DNA of 64,000 nt, taken from a virus. The notes beneath the pieces are model-generated. The model made no database searches, was not told the DNA's origin, and saw only the letters and a list, made by a program, of their open reading frames with translations. The position numbers and the translations under genes are program-made. Position 1 is the stretch's first letter. Each line of letters begins with the position of its first letter. This document shows, piece by piece, positions 28,207 to 36,430 of the stretch. Location of the stretch: positions 32,001 to 96,000 of IMG/VR virus record IMGVR_UViG_3300046464_000709. One strand, given 5' to 3'.

Positions 28207-28392
28207 ATGAACTCAACATTAATAAAATTCCGAATCAGCGAGACTGAAAGAAATCTCCGAAACGCTACCGACTCGCAAGAGATCGCTCAACTTGAGAAGG
28301 ATCTCAAGGGGTGGAAGACTCATTTGCACAACACCGAAATGATTGAATTCGAAGAGCGTGTCGGCTTCAAGTCAATGGAGCGTAACGCTTAA
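28207..28392 (+). CDS. hypothetical protein
   Basis: 61 aa, own promoter. Confidence 0.65.
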   Translation: MNSTLIKFRISETERNLRNATDSQEIAQLEKDLKGWKTHLHNTEMIEFEERVGFKSMERNA

Positions 28393-28443
28393 ATAAATAA
28401 AAATAAAGCTCGACTTTTACAAATAAATACATTAGATTAAGAT

Positions 28444-28638
28444 ATGATTAAAAATAAAATACAAGTAAGAATCAAAGAGTGGTCAACTCATTGGTCAGTA
28501 AAAATCTTCGATCAAGGTATCGACTCAGATGGCAATGATCGCCCACGAGTAAGGACTGCATCAAGTCAATCGCATCTTGATAAGATCATGCGAGACGAAG
28601 GCCTTAATCAGTTTCGTTTTAATGTTGTTTTTCAATAA
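28444..28638 (+). CDS. hypothetical protein
   Basis: 64 aa; TCGACT-17-TAGATT 5 nt upstream. Confidence 0.7.
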   Translation: MIKNKIQVRIKEWSTHWSVKIFDQGIDSDGNDRPRVRTASSQSHLDKIMRDEGLNQFRFNVVFQ

Positions 28639-28679
28639 TAAAGCTTGACTTGCCAAAATAAACTCATTAGTATAGTAAA

Positions 28680-28961
28680 ATGTTAAAGAATAAAAAATTC
28701 ATCGCAAATGTTCATGTTTCTTCTATAGAGGGAAGACAAAAGCTTCCTTTGTGGAATACGAACACAAATTCGTTCATTGATACGCACATGACAAATAACA
28801 TCTTTGAAATCGAAGCTGAAGACAAGCACGAAGTAAGAAGAAAAGTTAAGGCTCTCGTGAATAAGCTTCAAACCAAAGTTCAATTCAAGCGTGGTCTTGT
28901 GGGCAAAGAAGGCGATAATGCTATGTGGTACATCAACAGAATAACAGAAAAAAACTCTTGA
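28680..28961 (+). CDS. hypothetical protein
   Basis: 93 aa; TTGACT-17-TAGTAT 6 nt upstream. Confidence 0.7.
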   Translation: MLKNKKFIANVHVSSIEGRQKLPLWNTNTNSFIDTHMTNNIFEIEAEDKHEVRRKVKALVNKLQTKVQFKRGLVGKEGDNAMWYINRITEKNS

Positions 28962-28992
28962 CTCTATCGCAAAAATTTGCTTTAATAATAAA

Positions 28993-29148
28993 ATGATAAA
29001 CGTATTCAGAAATCCGAATTTCTCAAATTGGTTTAATGTCGCCTTTAATGGCAAGCTAATTGACGGAGCAAGAACTCATGCACAAGCTATTGAAATAGCT
29101 AATCGTTTAAGCGTAAAGTACAAGTCACCTATTCTCTCGAGTAAGTAA
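28993..29148 (+). CDS. 51-aa hypothetical protein (not in ORF track)
   Basis: MINVFRNPNFSNWFNVAFNGKLID...; TTGACT-17-TTTAAT 6 nt upstream. Confidence 0.65.
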   Translation: MINVFRNPNFSNWFNVAFNGKLIDGARTHAQAIEIANRLSVKYKSPILSSK

Positions 29149-29167
29149 ACAAAACTGCAGTTTTCCC

Positions 29168-29244
29168 CAAGTCGCTAAGTATCAACGACTTAGGGCAAAC
29201 CGCCCTCCGGAGTTTTCCGTAACTCGTTGAGCGGCAACGACTTA
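29168..29244. repeat. double-dyad element 2
   Basis: Dyads at 29168 and 29220. Confidence 0.92.
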
Positions 29245-29403
29245 CAACAAAATCGATACAGATTCCGTGCCAATCTTCCAAGAAAATCGCAGCCAAATCG
29301 TGCAATAAAATAGTCGAAAGGTAAGTGAAAAAACCTCTTGACTTTGCTCCATTTTCTGATACATTGTATATATAACATTAAATTAATATAACAAAAATAA
29401 ATT

Positions 29404-29529
29404 ATGAATTACGACATCTTGCTTCTTTTAACTTTTATTCCTGCTTTCTTCTTTATGTACAAATCTATGACAGAAAAGAAAATTGATCTTTTTTCAGATG
29501 TGAGTAAAGAAAAGCTTGACACAAAATAA
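29404..29529 (+). CDS. 41-aa membrane peptide (not in ORF track)
   Basis: MNYDILLLLTFIPAFFFMYKS... Confidence 0.55.
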   Translation: MNYDILLLLTFIPAFFFMYKSMTEKKIDLFSDVSKEKLDTK

Positions 29530-29579
29530 AATTACTATAATATAAAATACTATAAAGTTAATTGCTAAAAATAAAAAAT

Positions 29580-30125
29580 ATGAAAATTAAAATATCTGAA
29601 GCTTGGAATAAACATCATGGAAAAAACTCTGTAAAGAGTAACCGAACAGATCTCGATCTCGGAGATATGCTGAAAATTTCAGAACAAATTCAAATCCAAT
29701 CAGAGCTTGAGGGAATCGAAAAATTGCAAAAGATGATCGAAGCAAAAAAGAAAGAGATTGCAAACATCAAAGAAAAATACAAAAAAATAAGAAACAAAAT
29801 TGCTCACGACCCAAAAGTGGAAATGTTGACAGAATCACAAGAAAGACACTGCTTTCTTAAATCAATTTCAAATCTTGGAGTAAGAAAAAAGAGTCTTGGA
29901 TGCTCGCTCGATCAATTCAGAATATTCTTAGATGTTCAACTCGAAGACGGCAAGTCTTGGTCTAATTGGACAAATAAAAATGTAGACAACGCTTGGAACA
30001 TTGATCACATACAAGAGCGACAAAGTGGAGGAGGAAATCATTGGTCAAACTTCGTACCTCGTGACAGAAAAGAAAATCTTAATAAAGGCAAACTCGAAAG
30101 TGCATTTAATCATTTCTTAAAATAA
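29580..30125 (+). CDS. HNH-type endonuclease domain protein
   Basis: LGCSLDQF..W.N..WNIDHI..NHWSNFVP..ENLNKG. Confidence 0.65.
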   Translation: MKIKISEAWNKHHGKNSVKSNRTDLDLGDMLKISEQIQIQSELEGIEKLQKMIEAKKKEIANIKEKYKKIRNKIAHDPKVEMLTESQERHCFLKSISNLGVRKKSLGCSLDQFRIFLDVQLEDGKSWSNWTNKNVDNAWNIDHIQERQSGGGNHWSNFVPRDRKENLNKGKLESAFNHFLK

Positions 30126-30173
30126 TTCACATTCACGCTTGACAGAAACAAAAAAATAGATTAGATTATACTT

Positions 30174-30368
30174 ATGAACGAAAAACAAAGACTACAAAAA
30201 ATAATTGACGAAAATCTCGAAGATGCAGAAAATGGCTCTTCATCGGCTAGGATGTGCGTAATCGCAGCTCAGGCAGATCTTGACAGAATCGCACAAGCAG
30301 AGGTTAGCGAGTTAGAGGCGTACATTGCTAGCACTCCACTGCCTGACCCGTTAATTTTGGTTGACTAG
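30174..30368 (+). CDS. hypothetical protein
   Basis: TTGACA-17-TAGATT, ATG 6 nt downstream. Confidence 0.7.
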   Translation: MNEKQRLQKIIDENLEDAENGSSSARMCVIAAQADLDRIAQAEVSELEAYIASTPLPDPLILVD

Positions 30369-30370
30369 CG

Positions 30371-30447
30371 TAAAGCGTTAGTAACCAACGACTTAGGGCA
30401 AACCGCCCTCCGGAGTTTTCCGTAACTCGTTGAGCGGCAACGACTTA
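30371..30447. repeat. double-dyad element 3
   Basis: Dyads at 30371 and 30423; near-identical to element 2 and its flank. Confidence 0.92.
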
Positions 30448-30576
30448 CAACAAAATCAATACAGATTCCGTGCCAACTTCGCAAGAAAACCGCAGTCGAA
30501 TTGTGCAAAAACATAGTTGAAAGGTAAGTGAGAAAAAGCTTGCAATTCACTAAAAAATAGATTAGATTACTTGTAT

Positions 30577-30780
30577 ATGATTAAGACAAAAGAAACACTA
30601 ATAAAAGAAATAGACTTCGGAACTAAGCTTGCACAAATGGAGGGAGCAATAGACTTTCTTCATTATATGCAAACAGAGAAAAAGGATTCCGACAGAACCT
30701 TGAGCGAAGAAATGACCACCAAAGGACTTCTTGAAAAGGTTCAAGAGCTTAGAAAAATATTCAAAGAATTACAAAAATAA
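30577..30780 (+). CDS. hypothetical protein (weakly AEGNL-like)
   Basis: TTGCAA-17-TAGATT, ATG 8 nt downstream. Confidence 0.7.
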   Translation: MIKTKETLIKEIDFGTKLAQMEGAIDFLHYMQTEKKDSDRTLSEEMTTKGLLEKVQELRKIFKELQK

Positions 30781-30829
30781 TTCACTTTGTGCTTGCAATT
30801 TACGAAAAAATAGATTAAATTAAATACAT

Positions 30830-31018
30830 ATGATTAAGAAAATTAAATTCAAAAAAGGCGATGTTCTCATCTCACGAGATAATAAAGTCTTTCAATTTAT
30901 TCAAGCTACCAAGCACGACACGCTTGGAATTATCGCAATGGTTCGCCCATACAGAACCAATCGCAAGGTTGGCATCCGATTTGAGGATGTAAAAATTCAC
31001 CCACTTTTTGCAAAATAA
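30830..31018 (+). CDS. small basic beta-rich protein
   Basis: FKKGDVL..; own promoter. Confidence 0.65.
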   Translation: MIKKIKFKKGDVLISRDNKVFQFIQATKHDTLGIIAMVRPYRTNRKVGIRFEDVKIHPLFAK

Positions 31019-31057
31019 GTTTGACAAACTCACATAATTAATCCATAATACTGAAAT

Positions 31058-31345
31058 ATGAATAACATTGATCTCATTCGCCAAGCAATCGAAAACGCAA
31101 AAGATGCTCCTATCTCAAAGGATGTTTCTAACTTTATACAAGACATGAAAGCCGAAATTATGGCTGAAGAGTTAGTTGTAGAGCATGGACTTCTTCAAGT
31201 CTCAAAAGAAGAAGTCCAAGACCAAGTCTCAGAATTCGCTTCTTCAGAAGATAAAGCTGACGAGGATGACGACTTTGACAATGACGAAAATCTCCACGAT
31301 ATGGATTCAGTCAGTCCATCCATGCGAGCAATCTTTGAAGATTGA
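31058..31345 (+). CDS. highly acidic small protein
   Basis: D/E-rich C-terminus; TTGACA-17-CATAAT upstream. Confidence 0.7.
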   Translation: MNNIDLIRQAIENAKDAPISKDVSNFIQDMKAEIMAEELVVEHGLLQVSKEEVQDQVSEFASSEDKADEDDDFDNDENLHDMDSVSPSMRAIFED

Positions 31346-31382
31346 TCTCGACAAGTCGCCCTTAATATGGTATAATACAAGC

Positions 31383-31556
31383 ATGAATAAAGCAATAATA
31401 GAAAAAATCGAAACACTAATCAGCACACTTCAGGCTCTAACAATTCAAAGAGTTAAAGCCTTGAGTCTCGGCAAGCAAGAAAAAGCAAGCCAAATTCAAG
31501 CCGTGCAAATAGACATTGATAATAAAATCCAAGAATTGGAAAGGTCAATGTCCTAG
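31383..31556 (+). CDS. small coiled-coil protein
   Basis: Start reassigned to ATG 6 nt after TCGACA-17-TATAAT. Confidence 0.65.
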   Translation: MNKAIIEKIETLISTLQALTIQRVKALSLGKQEKASQIQAVQIDIDNKIQELERSMS

Positions 31557-31561
31557 TGGAT

Positions 31562-31630
31562 ATGTTAACAATTATGATAATCGCATCGTTAATTGGAATC
31601 TTTAGAGGCTTAACAGATTGTGCTTTTTAA
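31562..31630 (+). CDS. 22-aa hydrophobic peptide
   Basis: MLTIMIIASLIGIFRGLTDCAF, similar to 27390-27461. Confidence 0.45.
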   Translation: MLTIMIIASLIGIFRGLTDCAF

Positions 31631-31674
31631 TTGCACGATGTCCTTGTAGGAAAATAAAAAAGTTCAGTTTTCTC

Positions 31675-31802
31675 TAAGTTGTTGAACATCAATGGCTTAG
31701 GGAAAACCGCCCAAGGCGTTTTCTTGTAACTCGTTGAACATTAACCACTTAGGGAAAACCGCCCTAGGCTTTTTTCGCAAGTCGTTGATTGTCAACAAGT
31801 TC
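31675..31802. repeat. triple-dyad element 4 at the transcription convergence point
   Basis: Dyads at 31675, 31727 and 31778 (52- and 51-bp pitch). Confidence 0.92.
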
Positions 31803-31905
31803 GGATTTCTTAGTTTAAATCATTATTTATGTATTTGTATTTACCAATTAAATATTTGATATTTCAATATTTGGTATTTGCTGCCTACAGAATTGTATTT
31901 GATGT

Positions 31906-32067
31906 TTACATTCTTGCCGTTCGTTTGACCAATGCAATTGTATAAGGTGAATGTTCAGTCGCTCGATCAAGATTTGATTCAAGGTTGCGAATGGCATTTA
32001 CAATATAATCGAGTGTGCCCACAATTCCGGCGGACTCTCCGTTTTTAAGTATTTGGTAACTAATCAT
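31906..32067 (-). CDS. 53-aa hypothetical protein (not in ORF track)
   Basis: MISYQILKNGESAGIVG...; overlaps the stop of the upstream gene. Confidence 0.55.
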   Translation of the reverse strand: MISYQILKNGESAGIVGTLDYIVNAIRNLESNLDRATEHSPYTIALVKRTARM

Positions 32068-32425
32068 GACTTACTCTTTCTTTGTGTTTTGCGTCTAGTT
32101 CGTCATTAAAATCTTGCCTAATTGAATGCAAAAGTTTTTCTTGTTGGAATCCATCTTGTTGGAATTGACTCATTAACTTAGAAACTTGCATTCTATCTTG
32201 CCAACCAAGTACATCGTCACAGATCTGTAATGGAACAAAATCTCCACGCTGATTGAAAATCGCGACTTCATAAGTGTCAGGATGATTTCCGTAAAAAGAA
32301 CTTCCTCCGTCCACATTGGATACAGCACTAATCGCGTAACCATTATCGAAAGTTATGCTCGCTTGAATGCCCAAATCTTTCGCACTTGGGTGAGGGTTAA
32401 ATGTTAAGTCATCAAAGGTCTTCAT
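32060..32425 (-). CDS. hypothetical phage protein
   Basis: FDNGY..S.V..YG..TYEVAI motif. Confidence 0.75.
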   Translation of the reverse strand: MKTFDDLTFNPHPSAKDLGIQASITFDNGYAISAVSNVDGGSSFYGNHPDTYEVAIFNQRGDFVPLQICDDVLGWQDRMQVSKLMSQFQQDGFQQEKLLHSIRQDFNDELDAKHKERVSHD

Positions 32426-32612
32426 GGTAGATGTATATTGGATTATTGTTGTGTGTGAGTGTTGCGTGTTTTACGAATGTTTTACTTGCGATGTTTTTCT
32501 TGAAAGTAGACTCAGAGATAAAGACATCGGTATGTTCGGTCTTCTTTTCTGCTTTGACAAGCACAACGCATCCGTCTTTACTTTTGGTGATTAAATGTTT
32601 TTCCTTGTTCAT
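32412..32612 (-). CDS. hypothetical protein
   Basis: 66 aa, packed in operon. Confidence 0.6.
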   Translation of the reverse strand: MNKEKHLITKSKDGCVVLVKAEKKTEHTDVFISESTFKKNIASKTFVKHATLTHNNNPIYIYHEDL

Positions 32613-32855
32613 TTAGTTGCGATAATGAGACGAGTCTTGTGATTCAGTGAGAGTTTCATAAGCGTGTGCTTTCTGAGCAATGCACTTTAAGGCACTGCCA
32701 ACTACATTCAACATTGAAAGTTGACCATTGTCAAGCATATTCTTGTCGGTCATTGGCTCAATCATGTTGTCGTGAATGAATGCCATCACTAATTCGTTTG
32801 CTTCGAGCGAGTCAATATCTTGGACTTGCAAGTGGTTTGGGTCGTTAAGGTACAT
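32613..32855 (-). CDS. hypothetical protein
   Basis: 80 aa, packed in operon. Confidence 0.65.
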   Translation of the reverse strand: MYLNDPNHLQVQDIDSLEANELVMAFIHDNMIEPMTDKNMLDNGQLSMLNVVGSALKCIAQKAHAYETLTESQDSSHYRN

Positions 32856-32970
32856 AAGTCAGTTTGGTTTTGTGTTTTAGTTTCCTATCAAGGATTTTGT
32901 TTTTCATCTTGAAAGGTCGAGCCTTAGTGAAAAGGATTTGATGTCTGAGCTTTATCTTTTTCGCCTTCAT
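32845..32970 (-). CDS. small basic protein
   Basis: MKAKKIKLRHQ...; ATG 7 nt after TTGACT-16-CATACT. Confidence 0.55.
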   Translation of the reverse strand: MKAKKIKLRHQILFTKARPFKMKNKILDRKLKHKTKLTYVP

Positions 32971-33033
32971 AAGTATTAGTATGACAGAATTTTTTGTGAA
33001 GTCAAGCGTTTTTTTGGTGAATAATAAAATGAT

Positions 33034-33135
33034 ACCAAACACGGAGGGAGTCGAACCCACAAGAGTATAATTAGGACTGCAATCCGCACCTCTCTTAATC
33101 ACCACTAATTTGCAGATTAGTTTGATCGTGTTGGT
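33034..33135 (-). ncRNA. tRNA-like small RNA with complementary loops
   Basis: Closing stem ACCAACACG/CGTGTTTGGT, T-arm GTGGG-TTCGACT-CCCTC, loops CTGCAA and TTGCAG; begins 7 nt after TTGACT-16-CATACT. Confidence 0.65.
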
Positions 33136-33201
33136 AAGTATTAGTATGTCAGAATCTCAAGCTAAGTCAACCCCTAAATGCAAAAAAAATAAAAATAGTT
33201 G

Positions 33202-33278
33202 TAAGCTCTTGATGCTCAATGACTTGCGCGAAACCGCCCAGGGCTTTTTGCCCTAACTAGTTCATAACCAACAGTTTA
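33202..33278. repeat. double-dyad element 5
   Basis: Dyads at 33202 and 33254. Confidence 0.85.
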
Positions 33279-33522
33279 TGACATCTGCATAAATACATAA
33301 TAAAATATATGCACTAAAGGTTAATAAAATTGATGTAAATAATAATGCTTTAATCATTTTAATATCCTAACCATTCCAATACTTTTTGTGCATTATACTC
33401 TTCTTTGTCGCCCATGTCCAAAATAAATTGATGAATATCTTGGCAACCATGTTTTGAGAGTTCCTCAAACGCTCTTGTTTGGCTAATCATTAAATCTTCG
33501 GCTGAATCGTAATATGTTTCAC

Positions 33523-34266
33523 TCATGAGTTTATCCCTTCCTTTACAAATCCTGTACTATCCTTTTTTGCCATGCCTTTCTCGATAAGACCAACGACCAC
33601 ACCTTGCTTGTCTAAAAAGCGAAGGTCATTATCATCACCATTAACAACCTCAAAACCTTTCCATGTCTTGGGTAATTGATTGCGAAATACAACGGCAACA
33701 TTGCCACCCATTGAAAGAACCATCTCGCATTTTGTATCGTTTGTTTCCGAGCGACTAAAAGTCAAGTGGTAATTAGAGGGAAACTTTGCCTCGCCCTTAA
33801 TAAAAGGCTTGTCGAGAAAAGAACACATTCTTTTAAATGATTTCGTATAATCATAAAACTGAACATCCGAAAATTTATCAAAGATTGACTTTGGCTGATC
33901 TTCGTTAAAGAAAACAGATTCCCACATAACATCGCTTGTGAGATTGAGCCGAAAGACTGACTTCATCCCTTTCTTTGTTGCACTCTTAATTGAATTAGAA
34001 ATTTCTTTCGATAGCTTGGCAAGAAAATCTAATTGATGATTGAAGAATAACTTTGTCTTGGCGACACGAGATTCTTGAATAGAATTCATTTGCCCACGAC
34101 CTGCTGTATTGAGGCAAGATGCCGTGCAACCTTTTGAACGCCAACGGCAAACTTCGAAGCCTGAAAGACTTGCTGGGGCAAAGTGAATGCCTTTCGTTAT
34201 GTAACCTAATTTCTCGCCTTTGAGAATTTTTTGATTACCTGATGTGAGAAGTGTTGTCTTAATCAT
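33523..34266 (-). CDS. GP88-like phage protein (Cys-cluster)
   Basis: C..SKGCTASCL..AGRG, FRLNLTSD, FYDYTK, YHLTFSRSE, GD..DLRFLD; leaderless ATG at 34266. Confidence 0.75.
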   Translation of the reverse strand: MIKTTLLTSGNQKILKGEKLGYITKGIHFAPASLSGFEVCRWRSKGCTASCLNTAGRGQMNSIQESRVAKTKLFFNHQLDFLAKLSKEISNSIKSATKKGMKSVFRLNLTSDVMWESVFFNEDQPKSIFDKFSDVQFYDYTKSFKRMCSFLDKPFIKGEAKFPSNYHLTFSRSETNDTKCEMVLSMGGNVAVVFRNQLPKTWKGFEVVNGDDNDLRFLDKQGVVVGLIEKGMAKKDSTGFVKEGINS

Positions 34267-34339
34267 GTATTCCATTATGACAGAATAAGGTGCGAAGTCA
34301 ACCCCTAAATGCAAAAAAAGTAAAAAAAGTTTTGTTGCG

Positions 34340-34416
34340 GATGTCGTTGATACGCAAAGGCTTACGAAAAAAAGCCTAGGCCCGTTTTCCATAACTGCCT
34401 GGCCTGCAACGACTTA
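34340..34416. repeat. double-dyad element 6
   Basis: Dyads at 34340 and 34392. Confidence 0.85.
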
Positions 34417-34437
34417 CGAAACAATAATTCAAGATGC

Positions 34438-34463
34438 AAAAAAGCCTCCCCGAAGGGAGGCTT
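34438..34463 (-). terminator. intrinsic terminator with UUCG tetraloop
   Basis: AAGCCTCCC-TTCG-GGGAGGCTT followed by T-run on the minus strand. Confidence 0.85.
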
Positions 34464-34489
34464 GAGCCTACTCGTTTCCGAGCTTGCGA

Positions 34490-34720
34490 TTAACCAACTG
34501 ACCTCTTAAAAGATTTGTTAGCACAAGTCGCACGAAGAACATGGCGACGATTAACTCGACGATTTGCTCCATTCATGTCCGAAAACATAACATGACGAGA
34601 AGTCACGCTATTGACTTTAGCAGAGAAGACCTTGCGTTGCTCACCTTGCTTGACAAGAAGAGAAACGAAACGACCTTTGAGACTATCAACTACATTTTTG
34701 AGTTTTGCTTGATTTTTCAT
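34490..34720 (-). CDS. small basic protein
   Basis: 76 aa, followed by terminator. Confidence 0.7.
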   Translation of the reverse strand: MKNQAKLKNVVDSLKGRFVSLLVKQGEQRKVFSAKVNSVTSRHVMFSDMNGANRRVNRRHVLRATCANKSFKRSVG

Positions 34721-34768
34721 AATTTTAATTTTTGTTAGGTTTGTGTTTTGGTTTTTGATTAAGAATGA

Positions 34769-35506
34769 TTACTTTACAAGTGCGACTTCGGAGTCAAGAA
34801 CACCATGCAATGCGAGAGAACGATTTGGTAAGGCATGAACTCCACCTTTAAGGACATGAGTAAAGCCGTTGTACAATGAGTGCATATTCCGAGCAGAAAA
34901 GTCATCATGTTCGGGTTTGTGCCATTGCTCAACTACATCAGCGATTTTGCCCTTGCTGATAGCACCATTTTGAAAAGCACGGATAACAAGGTCATGGGCT
35001 TGCTCGTTGCCAAGTTCGTACTCTTTGTACGCTTCGATGCGTTTCTCATCGCTTGCCCATGTCTCAGTCATCTTGCCGAGAGTGCGAGCGATAACTTGAG
35101 ACAAGTCAGTCAAAATGTTTTTTGTATGCCGTCTTGCAAGAGTCACTTCGTTAGTGAAGATAAGGTTGGAGCAAACAAATGGAGCATTGCCCATGCACAA
35201 ACCTGCTGGAAAGCATTTGTCGTGCGAGTTGCGAAGACCGAGAACTGTGCCACGATCATCAGCATCAGAACCTGTGTTCTTGACATGGAAGAGACCGAAG
35301 TAACGCTGACCGAATCGGTGAAGAGAATGGTAAGTGTCAACAATTTCCCAACCATTTTCTTGGATTTGGTTTTGCACACGATCAACAAGGAACGCATGAC
35401 CGATTGGTTGCCAAGACTCAGTCTTTTCGGGAGTCTGCACGGACTTTACTTCGCTAAAGTCAATTCTTTTTGTGCCACATACGGAGAGATCAATTTTTTT
35501 ATTCAT
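34769..35506 (-). CDS. DUF932-family protein
   Basis: LGLRNSHDK...FVCSNL..RRHT...LYNGFT motifs. Confidence 0.8.
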   Translation of the reverse strand: MNKKIDLSVCGTKRIDFSEVKSVQTPEKTESWQPIGHAFLVDRVQNQIQENGWEIVDTYHSLHRFGQRYFGLFHVKNTGSDADDRGTVLGLRNSHDKCFPAGLCMGNAPFVCSNLIFTNEVTLARRHTKNILTDLSQVIARTLGKMTETWASDEKRIEAYKEYELGNEQAHDLVIRAFQNGAISKGKIADVVEQWHKPEHDDFSARNMHSLYNGFTHVLKGGVHALPNRSLALHGVLDSEVALVK

Positions 35507-35704
35507 AATTTTTAGTGTTGGTTTATCGTCTTTGATGGGTTAATTATACGAAAGTTTTGGGGTTTTGTCAAGCTTTTTTTCTTCGATTAAGTTTTTTTTG
35601 TTTCGACTAATTTTTTTTAAGTTCAGTTATCGTCTTGATGTATACTAGTATGACAGAAAATAATGCAATGTCAACCCCTTTTTTTTATAAAGTTAAAGTT
35701 TTCG

Positions 35705-35781
35705 TAAGCTGTTGGATATCAATGAGTTAGGCCAAACCGGCCAGGGCGATTTTTCGTAAGTCGTTGAATGGCAAAGGCTAA
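35705..35781. repeat. double-dyad element 7
   Basis: Dyads at 35705 and 35757. Confidence 0.88.
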
Positions 35782-35982
35782 GGCGAGCTTGGATTGACCA
35801 AGCCCGCCCCATAATTAAACCCTTTTTTCGAGAGAATAAAGTTCGCCAAGAAGAAGGTTGTGAGCCAATTTTTTGGCAAACAATTCCTTCCCTCTTAAGC
35901 CTCGCAATTCAGCTTGAGCCAAAGCGTAGCCCATATTGCGAACTTTATTCCTAAGATTTTCAATTCGAGAATTTCGCATATC

Positions 35983-36192
35983 TTATCCTTGGTTAGGTTG
36001 TGAATAGTGGTTGTAAGATTGTTCTGCTTCTTGGGCAGAGTCAAAACTTACTGCAATTAAATCCCTTGAGTCGTAAGGATGCCAAGGTGTGTCAGACTCC
36101 TCAAAGTACAACTCCCATAGCTCGGTGTCTTCGTTAAAACTTGGTTTATCAAGAGGTTCTCCCTCGCATACTGCATCAATATATTCGTTCAT
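35983..36192 (-). CDS. small acidic protein
   Basis: 69 aa. Confidence 0.65.
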   Translation of the reverse strand: MNEYIDAVCEGEPLDKPSFNEDTELWELYFEESDTPWHPYDSRDLIAVSFDSAQEAEQSYNHYSQPNQG

Positions 36193-36194
36193 TC

Positions 36195-36392
36195 TTATCC
36201 TTTCATGTGTTTGATTAATTGGTCAAGAACAGATTGCTTATTGCCCTTGAATCCGAATTCAGATTTTACAATCGAGTAGCAACTTTGACCTCTTGACATT
36301 TTCATGCCGTGAATTTCCATCTTTAAACCTCTTGCGAGAGTCCGTAATCGGAATGCGTTAATTTGTTGTGGTGTGTCTAATATCATGCTCAT
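36195..36392 (-). CDS. hypothetical phage protein
   Basis: LKMEIHGMKMSRG; leaderless promoter. Confidence 0.7.
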   Translation of the reverse strand: MSMILDTPQQINAFRLRTLARGLKMEIHGMKMSRGQSCYSIVKSEFGFKGNKQSVLDQLIKHMKG

Positions 36393-36430
36393 AATGTATA
36401 GTTTGTCAGATTTTCAGCGAAAGTCAAGCC

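Noticed and set aside
27792-30550. Minus-strand ORFs running through dyad elements (27792-28049, 29190-29378, 30365-30550)
   Set aside because: Their shared CKSL..NELR-type peptide is simply the translated DNA repeat, and they overlap promoters or genes on the + strand.
33034-33135. Canonical tRNA-Cys(GCA)
   Set aside because: Both GCA-containing loops are 6 nt, there is no standard D-loop, the arms are over-long, and no CCA follows the acceptor stem. Kept as tRNA-like only.
34880-35515. 211-aa + strand ORF and similar antisense ORFs (e.g. 2447-2761, 17591-17956, 23105-23479, 28683-29054)
   Set aside because: They are shadows of well-supported genes on the opposite strand, with no motifs or expression signals.
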